64,000 nucleotides of DNA from Candidatus Omnitrophota bacterium (lineage in GTDB: Bacteria > Omnitrophota > Gorgyraeia > Gygaellales > Profunditerraquicolaceae): positions 11,772 through 75,771 of the forward strand of contig JAZDEW010000064.1 of assembly GCA_043808425.1 (NCBI GenBank). Reading direction: 5' to 3'. A model generated the notes under the pieces. The model ran no database searches, was not told where the DNA came from, and saw nothing but the letters and a program-made list of their open reading frames with translations. Positions 18,568 through 28,082 of this stretch are shown one piece after another (within the stretch, counting starts at the first letter, position 1; each line of letters opens with the position of its first letter). The translations under genes were made by a program, and so were the position numbers.

Positions 18568-19900
18568 CGCTAACCCTCACAATATCCCCTGCTCCTAAGG
18601 TCATCACCAGATCGCCTTCTCTAATTATGCCCAAAATATGGGCAAGGATACCTTCTTTAGGCAGATAGAAGGCTTCTTTATCCGGAGCATGTTCTTTTAT
18701 TTTTTTTAATAACTCCAAAGCGCTTACTCCTTCTATCGGCTGCTCACTAGCCGCATAAATATCGGTAATAATCAAATAATCCGCCAGCGCAAAAGATTGA
18801 ATAAAATCATTTAAAAGCAATTGCGTACGGGTATAACGATGCGGCTGGAACACGATGATTTTTCGCTTAATCTTCAAATTAGCTACTGCCGCCAAAGAAG
18901 CTTTAATTTCCGAAGGATGATGCGCATAATCATCAATAACCAGATATTTATCACTTTGAAATTTAATCTCTAATCTGCGGCCAGCGCCTTTATATCCCTC
19001 TAGGCTACTGCGTATATGCTTTAAATCAATACCTAGCTCTAATCCCAGGCCAATTACCGCCAAGGCATTGGAAATATTATGCCTTCCCCCTAGAGACAAA
19101 TGAAAACGCAAAATAAATTTATCTTTAAAATAACAATCAAAATCTGAAACCAGCCCATGTAATTCGATGTTTTTAGCGCAAATATCAGCCGAATGGTCTA
19201 GGCCAAAAAATACGCGCTTGCCCTCATAGTCGCGCATCAGCTTTAAAAGACAAGGGTCGTCAAAACAAGCAAAAACACAACCTCCCGCCAAGGTCTGTTT
19301 AATAAAAAGCCCAAAGGCGGCTAATACATTGCTAAAATTATGATAATAATCCAAATGCTCATGGTCAATATTCGTAATAATAGAATACTTGGGTGTATAG
19401 CTTAAGAAGGACCCGTCAGATTCGTCAGCTTCAGCAACAAAAAACTGGCCGCTTCCTAAACAAGCATTGGTCTGGATATTATTCAGAATGCCCCCAATAG
19501 CTACCGTAGGACAAACCCCTGCTTCCATAAGCATATAAGAAATTAAAGAAGTAGTCGTGGTCTTACCATGGCTACCAGCAACGGTTATAACTGTTTTTTG
19601 CCGCATCAGCTCGGCGAGAGCCTGTGCCCTCTTAATCAAAGGTATACCTAAAACCCTGCTCTGATACACCTCAGGGTTATCCGCGGTAATAACCGAAGAA
19701 TAGACCACTACATCCTGCTGGGATATATTTTGTGCGCGATGTCCCAGAAAAATCTCTGCCCCCAGGCCAGCCAACTGCCGCGTAATAAGATTTTCTTTTA
19801 AATCCGAGCCGCTTACCCTGAATCCGCTCTCCAACATCAAACGCGCAATCCCGCTCATCCCGATCCCGCCTATACCGATAAAATGATAATATTTTCTCAT
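18542..19900 (-). CDS. murC: UDP-N-acetylmuramate--L-alanine ligase
   Basis: HFIGIGGIGMSG, GSHGKTTT, EADESD, DDYAHHP, FQPHR. Start chosen at ATG 19900 (ATGA overlap with upstream stop). Confidence 0.97.
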   Translation of the reverse strand: MRKYYHFIGIGGIGMSGIARLMLESGFRVSGSDLKENLITRQLAGLGAEIFLGHRAQNISQQDVVVYSSVITADNPEVYQSRVLGIPLIKRAQALAELMRQKTVITVAGSHGKTTTTSLISYMLMEAGVCPTVAIGGILNNIQTNACLGSGQFFVAEADESDGSFLSYTPKYSIITNIDHEHLDYYHNFSNVLAAFGLFIKQTLAGGCVFACFDDPCLLKLMRDYEGKRVFFGLDHSADICAKNIELHGLVSDFDCYFKDKFILRFHLSLGGRHNISNALAVIGLGLELGIDLKHIRSSLEGYKGAGRRLEIKFQSDKYLVIDDYAHHPSEIKASLAAVANLKIKRKIIVFQPHRYTRTQLLLNDFIQSFALADYLIITDIYAASEQPIEGVSALELLKKIKEHAPDKEAFYLPKEGILAHILGIIREGDLVMTLGAGDIVRVSDALVRALK

Positions 19901-20673
19901 AATAAAAGCTGTTCCTTCCATGAACTTTCAAGTTCCTGCAAACTAGCAAAAGCATAGGCCATCCTAAGCGCCCTAACTAAATCTTTATAATCTCGCAGCC
20001 AATGACAAAAAAGCACAAATTTATCCCTACCAAACTCTTTAATCAGATAATTCAATAAGCTATAGGATTCGGCATAAAACAGCTCTATTAACTGCTTATC
20101 TTTTACGCGCATTAAATCAAACCTATTTAATTGGTCTAAACTCATAAAGTTATTTGTCCTAACTTTTGCGGCCAAATACCTCTGCACTGACTGATTTTCA
20201 GATTGTCTTTCCTGAAAAGTAGCCACCCCTTCTTCCAGCCAAAGCGGAACAGCCGGATTATTAAAACCAACCACCTCTCTAAAAATAATATGCGCCAACT
20301 CATGCGCCAGAACATGATCTAAAAACCCTGGAGCAGCCGCATAGCATTGGATAGATTTATTACTCACCGTTACTAAGCCAGCGGACCAATCTGGGCCGCT
20401 ATTTTCTTTCATGTATTCTTCTTGGGTATCAAAAAGATAAATTTTTGCGCGGTTATCCCAGGTCCAGAAGTTAAAACGGTTAAATCCAAAATCATCCGTA
20501 ATTTTTTCATAATATCCTTCCGCCTTTTTAATCAACCGGTCTAGCAAGGCCTCCGAAGCACCCCGATAAAAAACCTGAAAATGCGTGCTTTTGGATACGC
20601 GCCAATCCTGATTTTGCGCAAAAACCAATACCGGCGTAAAAATAAATAAAATTAATAATCTTAATTTAAACAT
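19897..20673 (-). CDS. Secreted gluzincin metallopeptidase (peptidase MA-like)
   Basis: Signal peptide ending VFA-Q; HELAH...PLWLEEG zinc motif; FYAESYSL. Confidence 0.8.
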   Translation of the reverse strand: MFKLRLLILFIFTPVLVFAQNQDWRVSKSTHFQVFYRGASEALLDRLIKKAEGYYEKITDDFGFNRFNFWTWDNRAKIYLFDTQEEYMKENSGPDWSAGLVTVSNKSIQCYAAAPGFLDHVLAHELAHIIFREVVGFNNPAVPLWLEEGVATFQERQSENQSVQRYLAAKVRTNNFMSLDQLNRFDLMRVKDKQLIELFYAESYSLLNYLIKEFGRDKFVLFCHWLRDYKDLVRALRMAYAFASLQELESSWKEQLLL

Positions 20674-21752
20674 TACTTTAGCTTTAACACCTCGCTTGAC
20701 AGCCTTTCTGTTGCATTTAAAGCCGGCAGCCCTTGATACGCTTTTTGCATTTCTTTAAGTTTTTCATGATTACAAAAGTATGCCTGTAAACTTTCTTTTA
20801 ATTTATCCGCACTTAATTCCGCATCGAGCATTATTTCGGCCGCGCCAACATCTGCTAAAACCTGCGCATTAGCTAACTGATGCGCATAAGCAAAAGGATA
20901 CGGAATCAATAACGCCGGTAAATTAAATTTTTGTATTTCCGCAATCGTGGTAGCTCCGGCCCGGCAAATTACCAGGTCGGCTGCGCTATAGGCATATTCC
21001 ATCTGATGAAAAAAATCATAAAGCTTATAGGCCAAAGGCAACACTGCGTACTCAGCTGCCAGCCAAGTAAAATCCTGCGTTCCGCAGATATGAATCACCT
21101 GCAAATCATCCTTTTTTTGATAAGCAGACAACACCTCCAGGCATGCCGCATTTATTCTATGCGCCCCCTGGCTGCCACCCATAATTAAAATAGTGAATTT
21201 TCCTTCTTTAAACTTAAAAAAAAACCCGGCCTTTTTTTTATCCATCCGCGACAAGCCCCTGCGTAGAGGGTTACCCGTTAAAATAATTTTATGAGGAGCG
21301 ATATTGAGATAATTACGAGTCTGGCTAAATGATACCGCGACTTTATCTACCAGCTTGACCAATAATTTATTGGCCCTACCGCAAATAACATTTTGCTCAT
21401 GAATCATCGTTTTTATCCTGAATAACCAGGCCCAAAATATTAAGGCAACAGTATTTAAGCTGCCGAATCCCACAACCAGATCCGGTTTAAATTTTACAAT
21501 TATCCGCAATGACGCCCAGGCGCCAGCTAAAAAAAAGTAAAAGCCAAATATATTTTTACGATTTAAATTAAAGCTCAAATTAGCCGCGGGAATATACTTT
21601 ACTTGTCCCGGAGCGACAGGAATCTCATCCTGATGGATTTTTTGCGGTAACACCAAGAGCGCTTCTTGCCCGGAATTATTTAATGAGTCCAAAAGAGCGA
21701 TCGCCGGAAAAATATGGCCGCCGCTGGAGCCGGTAACAATCAAAACACGCAT
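20673..21752 (-). CDS. murG: Undecaprenyl-PP-MurNAc-pentapeptide GlcNAc transferase
   Basis: GSSGGHIFP, HEQN, TGNPLR, GGSQGA, RAGATT, HQ..NA. Start at MRVLIV. Confidence 0.96.
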   Translation of the reverse strand: MRVLIVTGSSGGHIFPAIALLDSLNNSGQEALLVLPQKIHQDEIPVAPGQVKYIPAANLSFNLNRKNIFGFYFFLAGAWASLRIIVKFKPDLVVGFGSLNTVALIFWAWLFRIKTMIHEQNVICGRANKLLVKLVDKVAVSFSQTRNYLNIAPHKIILTGNPLRRGLSRMDKKKAGFFFKFKEGKFTILIMGGSQGAHRINAACLEVLSAYQKKDDLQVIHICGTQDFTWLAAEYAVLPLAYKLYDFFHQMEYAYSAADLVICRAGATTIAEIQKFNLPALLIPYPFAYAHQLANAQVLADVGAAEIMLDAELSADKLKESLQAYFCNHEKLKEMQKAYQGLPALNATERLSSEVLKLK

Positions 21753-21769
21753 AGCTAAAGTCTCCGATC

Positions 21770-22864
21770 TTAAGGATACTCTCCGCAACGAGCGATATTA
21801 ATCAAAATACCCAGGCTAACCATATCAAAGATTAACGATGAGCCCCCGTAGCTAATAAACGGCAGCGGTAAGCCCTTAGTGGGAAAAACTCCGCAAGAAA
21901 CACCAATATTAATAATCGCCTTAATCGAAATCATTAAAATTAACCCCAGAGCAAGAAAATATCCGAACCTGTCTTGTGCATTCTTAATAATTTTAAGCCC
22001 TTGATAAATAAAAATCATAAACAACGCTATTATCCCTAAGGTGCCCAACAAACCCAGCTCTTCGCCAATGATGGAAAAAATAAAATCAGTATGCGCCGCC
22101 GGAAGATAAAAAAGTTTCTGCTGAGAATGGCCCAGCCCCCTGCCAAATATCCCCCCTGAACCAATAGCAATCTGCGATTGAATAATCTGAAAACCTGACC
22201 CTTTAGGATCAAGCCAGGGATTTATAAAAGCTAAAATTCTCGCTCGGCGATAAGGCACGCTAAAAATTAAAAAATAAAATACCGGCAAGCTACAAAGCAA
22301 CATGTTCAAAATATACTTGCCTCTAACCCCGCCCACAAAAAGCATAGTTAAAACTACGCTGCCTAAAGCGATAATCGTACCTAAATCCGGCTGCAAAAGT
22401 ATCAGCAAAGCCACTGCCCCCAACATACATACCGCGGGCATAAAACCGGCCACTAACGTTTTAATCTTATCTTCTTTACGAGAGATAAAATCAGCAATAT
22501 AAATAATAAGCGCCAAATTGGCAAACTCCGAAGGCTGAAAACTAATAAATTTAAATCTAAACCAGCGCCGAGCTCCGGAAACTTCTCTACCTACTCCGGG
22601 TATCAGCACTAAAATCAGTAAGCCTAGAGCAATCCAAATCAGCCAGTGAACATATTTCCTAAAAAAACGATAGTCAATAACCATGGCCGCGAAAGCCAAC
22701 AGCGATCCGACAAACAAAAAAGATAAATGCCGCTTTAAAAAATAAAAACTATCTTTATACCTCTCCCAGGCATAGATACTTGAAGAGCTATAGATCATTA
22801 CGATACCGATACAAACGAGTACAACCGATACCGTAAGCAAGTTAATTCGCGTTTTCCTAACCAT
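21770..22864 (-). CDS. ftsW: Peptidoglycan glycosyltransferase FtsW
   Basis: GARRW, FQPSE, QPDLG, LPAAHTDFIF, LPFISYGGSS. Confidence 0.96.
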   Translation of the reverse strand: MVRKTRINLLTVSVVLVCIGIVMIYSSSSIYAWERYKDSFYFLKRHLSFLFVGSLLAFAAMVIDYRFFRKYVHWLIWIALGLLILVLIPGVGREVSGARRWFRFKFISFQPSEFANLALIIYIADFISRKEDKIKTLVAGFMPAVCMLGAVALLILLQPDLGTIIALGSVVLTMLFVGGVRGKYILNMLLCSLPVFYFLIFSVPYRRARILAFINPWLDPKGSGFQIIQSQIAIGSGGIFGRGLGHSQQKLFYLPAAHTDFIFSIIGEELGLLGTLGIIALFMIFIYQGLKIIKNAQDRFGYFLALGLILMISIKAIINIGVSCGVFPTKGLPLPFISYGGSSLIFDMVSLGILINIARCGEYP

Positions 22865-24137
22865 GAAGCTTAACCGCTTGAGCTAAATCCAAAACAATTC
22901 TTTTAAAGGCCATGCCCCGGGCTTCAAAATCCGTAAACATATCATAACTTGAACACATGGGAGACAGCAATACGCAATACCCTGGCTGAGACTGGTCATA
23001 GGCTTTAGTTACCGCCTCTTTAAGGGTATCCACCTTAGCGATCGGAAAACCTCCCCTGTTAAGGTCAGAAGCAATTATATCCCTGGCTTCTCCAATTAAA
23101 AACACCTGCTGGACCTTGCCTCTGGAGGCATCAAGAATTACCCGATAATCAATTCCCTTATGCCTGCCTCCGGCGATAAGCATAATCGGTGAAGCGATAT
23201 TATTTATCGCCCAAATAGCGGAATCCGCGGTAGTGGCTTTAGAATCATTAATAAATTTTACCCCGTTTATTTCTGCTACCTCCTCTAAGCGGTGCTGAAT
23301 CCCTTTAAATTCCTGAAAAACTTTTTGCATCTGTGGCAATTTTACTCCCAAAATTCCGCCCACCTCCAACACCGCGCTCTGGTTAGAGTTTAATCCTTTT
23401 TCCTGAGCAAAAAAAGAAACCTTTGATTTAGCGTCAAAGCCAACAGCTCTCAAAACAGAATCATCGGCATTTAAAACCAAAAAATCCCCTTGATCCTGAT
23501 TCATGAAAATACGTTTTTTCGCAGCTGCATATTCCTGCATATTGTCATAGCGATCCAAATGATTCGGAGTTAAATTCAAAATAACCGCAATCTTAGGTTT
23601 AAAATCTTTAACCGTCTCCAACTGGAATGAACTTACTTCCAGAACCACAAAATCATTCTCTTTTATCTTCTCCACTTCAGCGCAAAATGAATTCCCGATA
23701 TTACCGCAAACAAAAACATTCTTTTTCAATGTGGACAAAACTTTACCGATTAAGGTAGCCACCGTAGTCTTTCCGTTTGAGCCAGTAACAGCGATAATTG
23801 GTGCCGAACACAAAATACTCGCCACCTCAATTTCACTAATCAATAACTTATTGAATTCTTTGGCCCAATTAACGCACAAAGAATCTGGCGGCACACCGGG
23901 AGAAATTACCACTAAATCCGCCTGCTTAACCCAATCTTGACTATGCCTGCCTAATTCCACCCTAATTTCACTGTCACAAAGTTTAGCCCGAGCTTGACGA
24001 CTTTGCGCGTCATCCTTAATATCGGTAACGCTAACAATGGCTTTTAAGCGATGTAAAAGATTAGCGCAAGCCAGGCCGGAACGCGCTAAACCAACAATAG
24101 TAACTTTTTTATTTTTAAAATATTCGCTATTACGCAT
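22857..24137 (-). CDS. murD: UDP-MurNAc-L-Ala--D-glutamate ligase
   Basis: GLARSG, SPGV, TGSNGKTT, LEVSSFQL, HLDRY, NDSKAT, LSPMCSSYD. Confidence 0.97.
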   Translation of the reverse strand: MRNSEYFKNKKVTIVGLARSGLACANLLHRLKAIVSVTDIKDDAQSRQARAKLCDSEIRVELGRHSQDWVKQADLVVISPGVPPDSLCVNWAKEFNKLLISEIEVASILCSAPIIAVTGSNGKTTVATLIGKVLSTLKKNVFVCGNIGNSFCAEVEKIKENDFVVLEVSSFQLETVKDFKPKIAVILNLTPNHLDRYDNMQEYAAAKKRIFMNQDQGDFLVLNADDSVLRAVGFDAKSKVSFFAQEKGLNSNQSAVLEVGGILGVKLPQMQKVFQEFKGIQHRLEEVAEINGVKFINDSKATTADSAIWAINNIASPIMLIAGGRHKGIDYRVILDASRGKVQQVFLIGEARDIIASDLNRGGFPIAKVDTLKEAVTKAYDQSQPGYCVLLSPMCSSYDMFTDFEARGMAFKRIVLDLAQAVKLHG

Positions 24138-24144
24138 AAACTTT

Positions 24145-25230
24145 TTATCTGATCTTTAGGGTAACTAGGGCAAACAGGGCAAGTAAACCCGCAATAATCC
24201 AAAACCTGACAATTATTTTATTCTCCGGCCAATCCAGAAACTGGAAATGGTGGTGCAAAGGGGCAATCTTAAAAATGCGTTTTTTGGTCAGCTTATAAGT
24301 TGCTACCTGCAAAATAACCGAAAATGCCTCTAAAACAAATATCCCCCCTACAATTATAAGCAGCATCTCTTTTTTAATCAATAACGCGACTGTTCCAATC
24401 GCACCGCCTAAAGCAAGTGAACCGATATCTCCCATAAAAATTGTCGCCGGATAACAATTAAACCATAGAAATCCTAAACCCGCTCCAATAATACTTGAGC
24501 AAAAAATAGTTAACTCCCCGCTGCCTCTAATATAGGGAACGAGCAGATAATGACTTAAATTAATATTACCGGAAACATAGCAAAGAATGCTAAAAGCAAT
24601 CGCCACCATAACCACAATACCGATAGCCAGTCCGTCTAAGCCATCCGTAAGATTTACCGCGTTCGATGAACCCGCAATCACTATAATCACAAACAAAATA
24701 TATAGGCCGTCTAAATCAAAATTAACACCTTTTAAAAAAGGAATCTCAAGATTAACATTATGCTGGCTATAGATGAGAATCACCCCTAAAATCAGGCCCA
24801 AAACAACCTGGCTGGCAAGTTTTACCTTAGGGGATAATCCGCCGGGCTGCTTCTTGATCTGCTTTAAATAATCATCAGCAAAGCCAGTTAAACCTAACCA
24901 AGACGTACTAAATAAAACAATCCAAATGCACTGCTGCCTGATATCCGCCCAAAGCAATGTTGAAATTATCACCGTGCCCAAAATAAGAATTCCGCCCATC
25001 GTGGGCGTACTCTGTTTATGGTGGTGCAAATCATCCAGCTTTTGGCTATCGGCCTTATTTATCTTCTCACCAATCTTAAGAATTTTTAATTTATTAATTA
25101 ACCAGGGGCCAAAAATCAGGCTGAGCACAAAAGCGGTTAAAGCCGCCATGGCTGCACGAAAAGTGATGTAGCGAAATATATTAAAAACAGAAATAAAATC
25201 CCTGAGGGGATAAAGCAGGTGGTAAAGCAT
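24145..25230 (-). CDS. mraY: Phospho-N-acetylmuramoyl-pentapeptide transferase
   Basis: TPTMGG, DDY, NAVNLTDGLDGLA, FMGD.GS, APLHHHF. Confidence 0.98.
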   Translation of the reverse strand: MLYHLLYPLRDFISVFNIFRYITFRAAMAALTAFVLSLIFGPWLINKLKILKIGEKINKADSQKLDDLHHHKQSTPTMGGILILGTVIISTLLWADIRQQCIWIVLFSTSWLGLTGFADDYLKQIKKQPGGLSPKVKLASQVVLGLILGVILIYSQHNVNLEIPFLKGVNFDLDGLYILFVIIVIAGSSNAVNLTDGLDGLAIGIVVMVAIAFSILCYVSGNINLSHYLLVPYIRGSGELTIFCSSIIGAGLGFLWFNCYPATIFMGDIGSLALGGAIGTVALLIKKEMLLIIVGGIFVLEAFSVILQVATYKLTKKRIFKIAPLHHHFQFLDWPENKIIVRFWIIAGLLALFALVTLKIR

Positions 25231-26591
25231 TAAACTCCTAGAACCTCTTCCATTTTCATCGACCGAGAACCTTTTACCAGGATCAAATCATCGGCTTTCG
25301 GAAGTATCTTTTTAAATAATAAATCCCTGGCCGCGAGCGCGTTAGCGCAACAAAATACATGCTTAGTCTCCAGGCCATTCTCTCTGGCGGCATTAGCAGT
25401 AATTCGGGCTAAACTACCTACAGCAATCAACAGATCGCAGCTATTAGTTATACTCCAAGCGATTTGCCTATGCAATAACTCTTTTTGTTTGCCCAGCTCC
25501 AACATATCGCCCATAATCAAAATCTTCCTACCTTTGCAATCTAAAGCGCCTAAAGCGGCCAGGGCCGCCTTTAAAGAAAACGGGTTGGAATTATAGGTAT
25601 CATCAATAAACCTTAAACCTCTAAAATTAACCAAGTTAAACCTGCCTTTAGGAAATTTAAATGCCGCCAATCTTGTGCGCATCTGGAGATAACTCAATCC
25701 TAATATACGGCCAACGGCAATAGCCGCTAAGGCATTATAAACATTATAATCTCCCATAGTCGATAATTCAAAGTTAAATTTAGAGTTAACCTTAAACTCC
25801 ACCTTGGAGTTTTTTAATTTAAGAGAAGAGGCGCAAAAATCGCTTTTCTTATTAAAACCATAACTAAATATATTTTGACCGCTAATTTTACGCTTAATTA
25901 AGCCATAAAATGATTTATCGTCAGCATTAAGCAGGACAATCGCGGGATTCGCTAAATTATCCAATAAAGCAGTTTTTTCTTTTAACACCCCTTTTAAATC
26001 TCCTAAAAACTCCAAGTGGCTGGAACCGATATTAGTAATTATGCCGATATTCGGCCTGGCTATTTTAGATAAATAATCCACTTCTCCAAAATGATTAGTA
26101 CCTACCTCCACCACAGCATAACTATCTGTTTTGGCCAGGGCAATTAATGTTTGCGGAAGGCCAATCTGATTATTTTTAGTTCCTTCATTCTTAAGCACTT
26201 TGGCCTTAGCCGATAATACCCAAGCAATCATCTCTTTGGTCGTCGTTTTACCGTTAGAACCAGTGACCGCGATAACCGGCAGATTAATTTTCTGTCGCTG
26301 AAAGCGCGCAATATCTCCTAAGGCTAAAGTAGTATCTTGGACCCTGATCACCGTCAGAGCCCGCGGAATCGAAAACCGCGGCTTCTGATCTACAATCAAA
26401 CAATTAACTTTTGATTTTATAGCTATAGCAATAAAATCATGCCCATCATAGCTCTTTCCCCGTAAAGCCAGGAATGCTTCTTGCGGTTTTAGACTTCTGG
26501 TGTCCGTGGAAATGCCCGCTACTTTATTCTGAAGCTTACCCTGAATAAGCTTTCCTTGAGTGGCTTTAATTATTTCATTAACCTTAAACAT
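25230..26591 (-). CDS. murF: UDP-MurNAc-tripeptide--D-Ala-D-Ala ligase
   Basis: DGHDF, TGSNGKTTTK, DTYNSNP, GDMLELG, KGSR. Confidence 0.97.
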   Translation of the reverse strand: MFKVNEIIKATQGKLIQGKLQNKVAGISTDTRSLKPQEAFLALRGKSYDGHDFIAIAIKSKVNCLIVDQKPRFSIPRALTVIRVQDTTLALGDIARFQRQKINLPVIAVTGSNGKTTTKEMIAWVLSAKAKVLKNEGTKNNQIGLPQTLIALAKTDSYAVVEVGTNHFGEVDYLSKIARPNIGIITNIGSSHLEFLGDLKGVLKEKTALLDNLANPAIVLLNADDKSFYGLIKRKISGQNIFSYGFNKKSDFCASSLKLKNSKVEFKVNSKFNFELSTMGDYNVYNALAAIAVGRILGLSYLQMRTRLAAFKFPKGRFNLVNFRGLRFIDDTYNSNPFSLKAALAALGALDCKGRKILIMGDMLELGKQKELLHRQIAWSITNSCDLLIAVGSLARITANAARENGLETKHVFCCANALAARDLLFKKILPKADDLILVKGSRSMKMEEVLGV

Positions 26592-27985
26592 TCCCGCACT
26601 ACCTTTCGATCATTAAATTTCAATGCTCTATTTTTTAATATTTGATAATCCTCATGCCCTTTACCGGCAACCAGTAAGCAATCCGCCTGATTAATTAAAG
26701 ATAGCCCTTTACGAATAGCTTGCCGGCGATCGGAGATTGAACAATAATTGGTCTTCTGTATGCCCTGCTGAATATCCTTAATAATCTGGCCAGGGTTTTC
26801 CGAGCGAGGATTATCGCTGGTGATAATCGCATAATCCGCTAACTCCGTAACCACTTTGCCCATCTGCGGACGCTTAAGCTTGTCCCGCTCTCCGCCGCAG
26901 CCAAAAATTACAACAATCTTACCCTTAATCAACGGCCTTAGAGCGCTAATCACATTAAAAAGCGCATCCGGTGTATGCGCATAATCAACGAAAATACTGC
27001 CTACTTTTGAACAATTAATTTTTTCTAATCTGCCGGGAACATTTTTAAATTTTTCAATCGCACGCTTAATATCCTGAACGGGTAATTTTTCACTTAACCC
27101 CCAGGCAACCGCAGCCAAAATATTATAAATATTATAACATCCTACCAGACTTGTCTTCATCCTGACATAAATATGTGGAGCAACTAATAAAAATTCCGTT
27201 GACTGCAGGTTAAAATTAATCTCCTTGGCCATTATATCAGATTTTCTCTTTATCCCATAAGTTAATATCTTAGCTTTAGTTAAACGCTTAATCCGGTTAC
27301 CATGCTGATCATCATTATTAATAATCGCTGTGCTGGTTGCCGGTAGGGCAGAAAAAAGTTTAGCTTTAGCTAAGAAATAATTTTTTAAGTTCTTATGATA
27401 ATCCAGGTGATCCTGGGTAAGATTGGTAAAAACAGCGTGGCTAAAATTAATTCCTGCCGCCCTCTCCTGGGCTAAAGCATGGGAAGAAACTTCCATCGCG
27501 CAATATTTAACTTTTCCTAGATACATCTTCCTAAGTAGTCCTTGCAGCTCCGCGGCTCCGGGAGTAGTATTTTTGGCAATAATAATTCTACCCTTAAAAC
27601 GGTAATTAATCGTACCAATCACTCCGCAGTCATAGCCGGATTCTTTGGCCATCCGTTCGATCAAATACGCAATAGTCGTCTTACCGTTAGTGCCGGTAAT
27701 GCCGACAACTTTAACCTTATTTGAAGGAGCGCCATAAAACTTATGCGTAACTTGGGCAAAAAACTTGCGACAATCATTAACTACTAAAAATACAACTTTT
27801 GCCCGGGATTTTATCTGAGGCGCCTTTTTCTCAACAACAACGATAACCGCCCCACGAGCAATTGCCTCTTGAATAAAATGATTGCCATTTTGACGCTCGC
27901 CCTTAATCGCCACAAAAAGAAAACCTTTTTTTATTTCTTTGGAATTAGAAGTTATTCCTTTAATCTCTAAATCAACGATTTTCAC
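26570..27985 (-). CDS. murE: UDP-MurNAc-dipeptide--meso-DAP ligase
   Basis: GTNGKTT, MEVSSH, DHLDYH, DYAHTPD, DNPR (DAP-type motif), GKGHE. Confidence 0.97.
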   Translation of the reverse strand: MKIVDLEIKGITSNSKEIKKGFLFVAIKGERQNGNHFIQEAIARGAVIVVVEKKAPQIKSRAKVVFLVVNDCRKFFAQVTHKFYGAPSNKVKVVGITGTNGKTTIAYLIERMAKESGYDCGVIGTINYRFKGRIIIAKNTTPGAAELQGLLRKMYLGKVKYCAMEVSSHALAQERAAGINFSHAVFTNLTQDHLDYHKNLKNYFLAKAKLFSALPATSTAIINNDDQHGNRIKRLTKAKILTYGIKRKSDIMAKEINFNLQSTEFLLVAPHIYVRMKTSLVGCYNIYNILAAVAWGLSEKLPVQDIKRAIEKFKNVPGRLEKINCSKVGSIFVDYAHTPDALFNVISALRPLIKGKIVVIFGCGGERDKLKRPQMGKVVTELADYAIITSDNPRSENPGQIIKDIQQGIQKTNYCSISDRRQAIRKGLSLINQADCLLVAGKGHEDYQILKNRALKFNDRKVVRECLRLMK

Positions 27986-28082
27986 TGTGCGCCTTCCTGC
28001 CTGCCGGCAAGGCAGGCTTTCTTACTTGATTTATCAAGCCATATGCTTTTAATAATTGAATACTTAGAAGGTACTAGGTTCA
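27986..28082. mobile_element. MITE-like junction element (CCCGCACCTTCT family) with nested CCTGCC palindrome
   Basis: GCGCCTTC[CTGCCTGCCGGCAAGGCAGG]CTTTCTT...AATAATTGAATACTTAGAAGGTAC; interior resembles 33614-33700. Confidence 0.7.
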
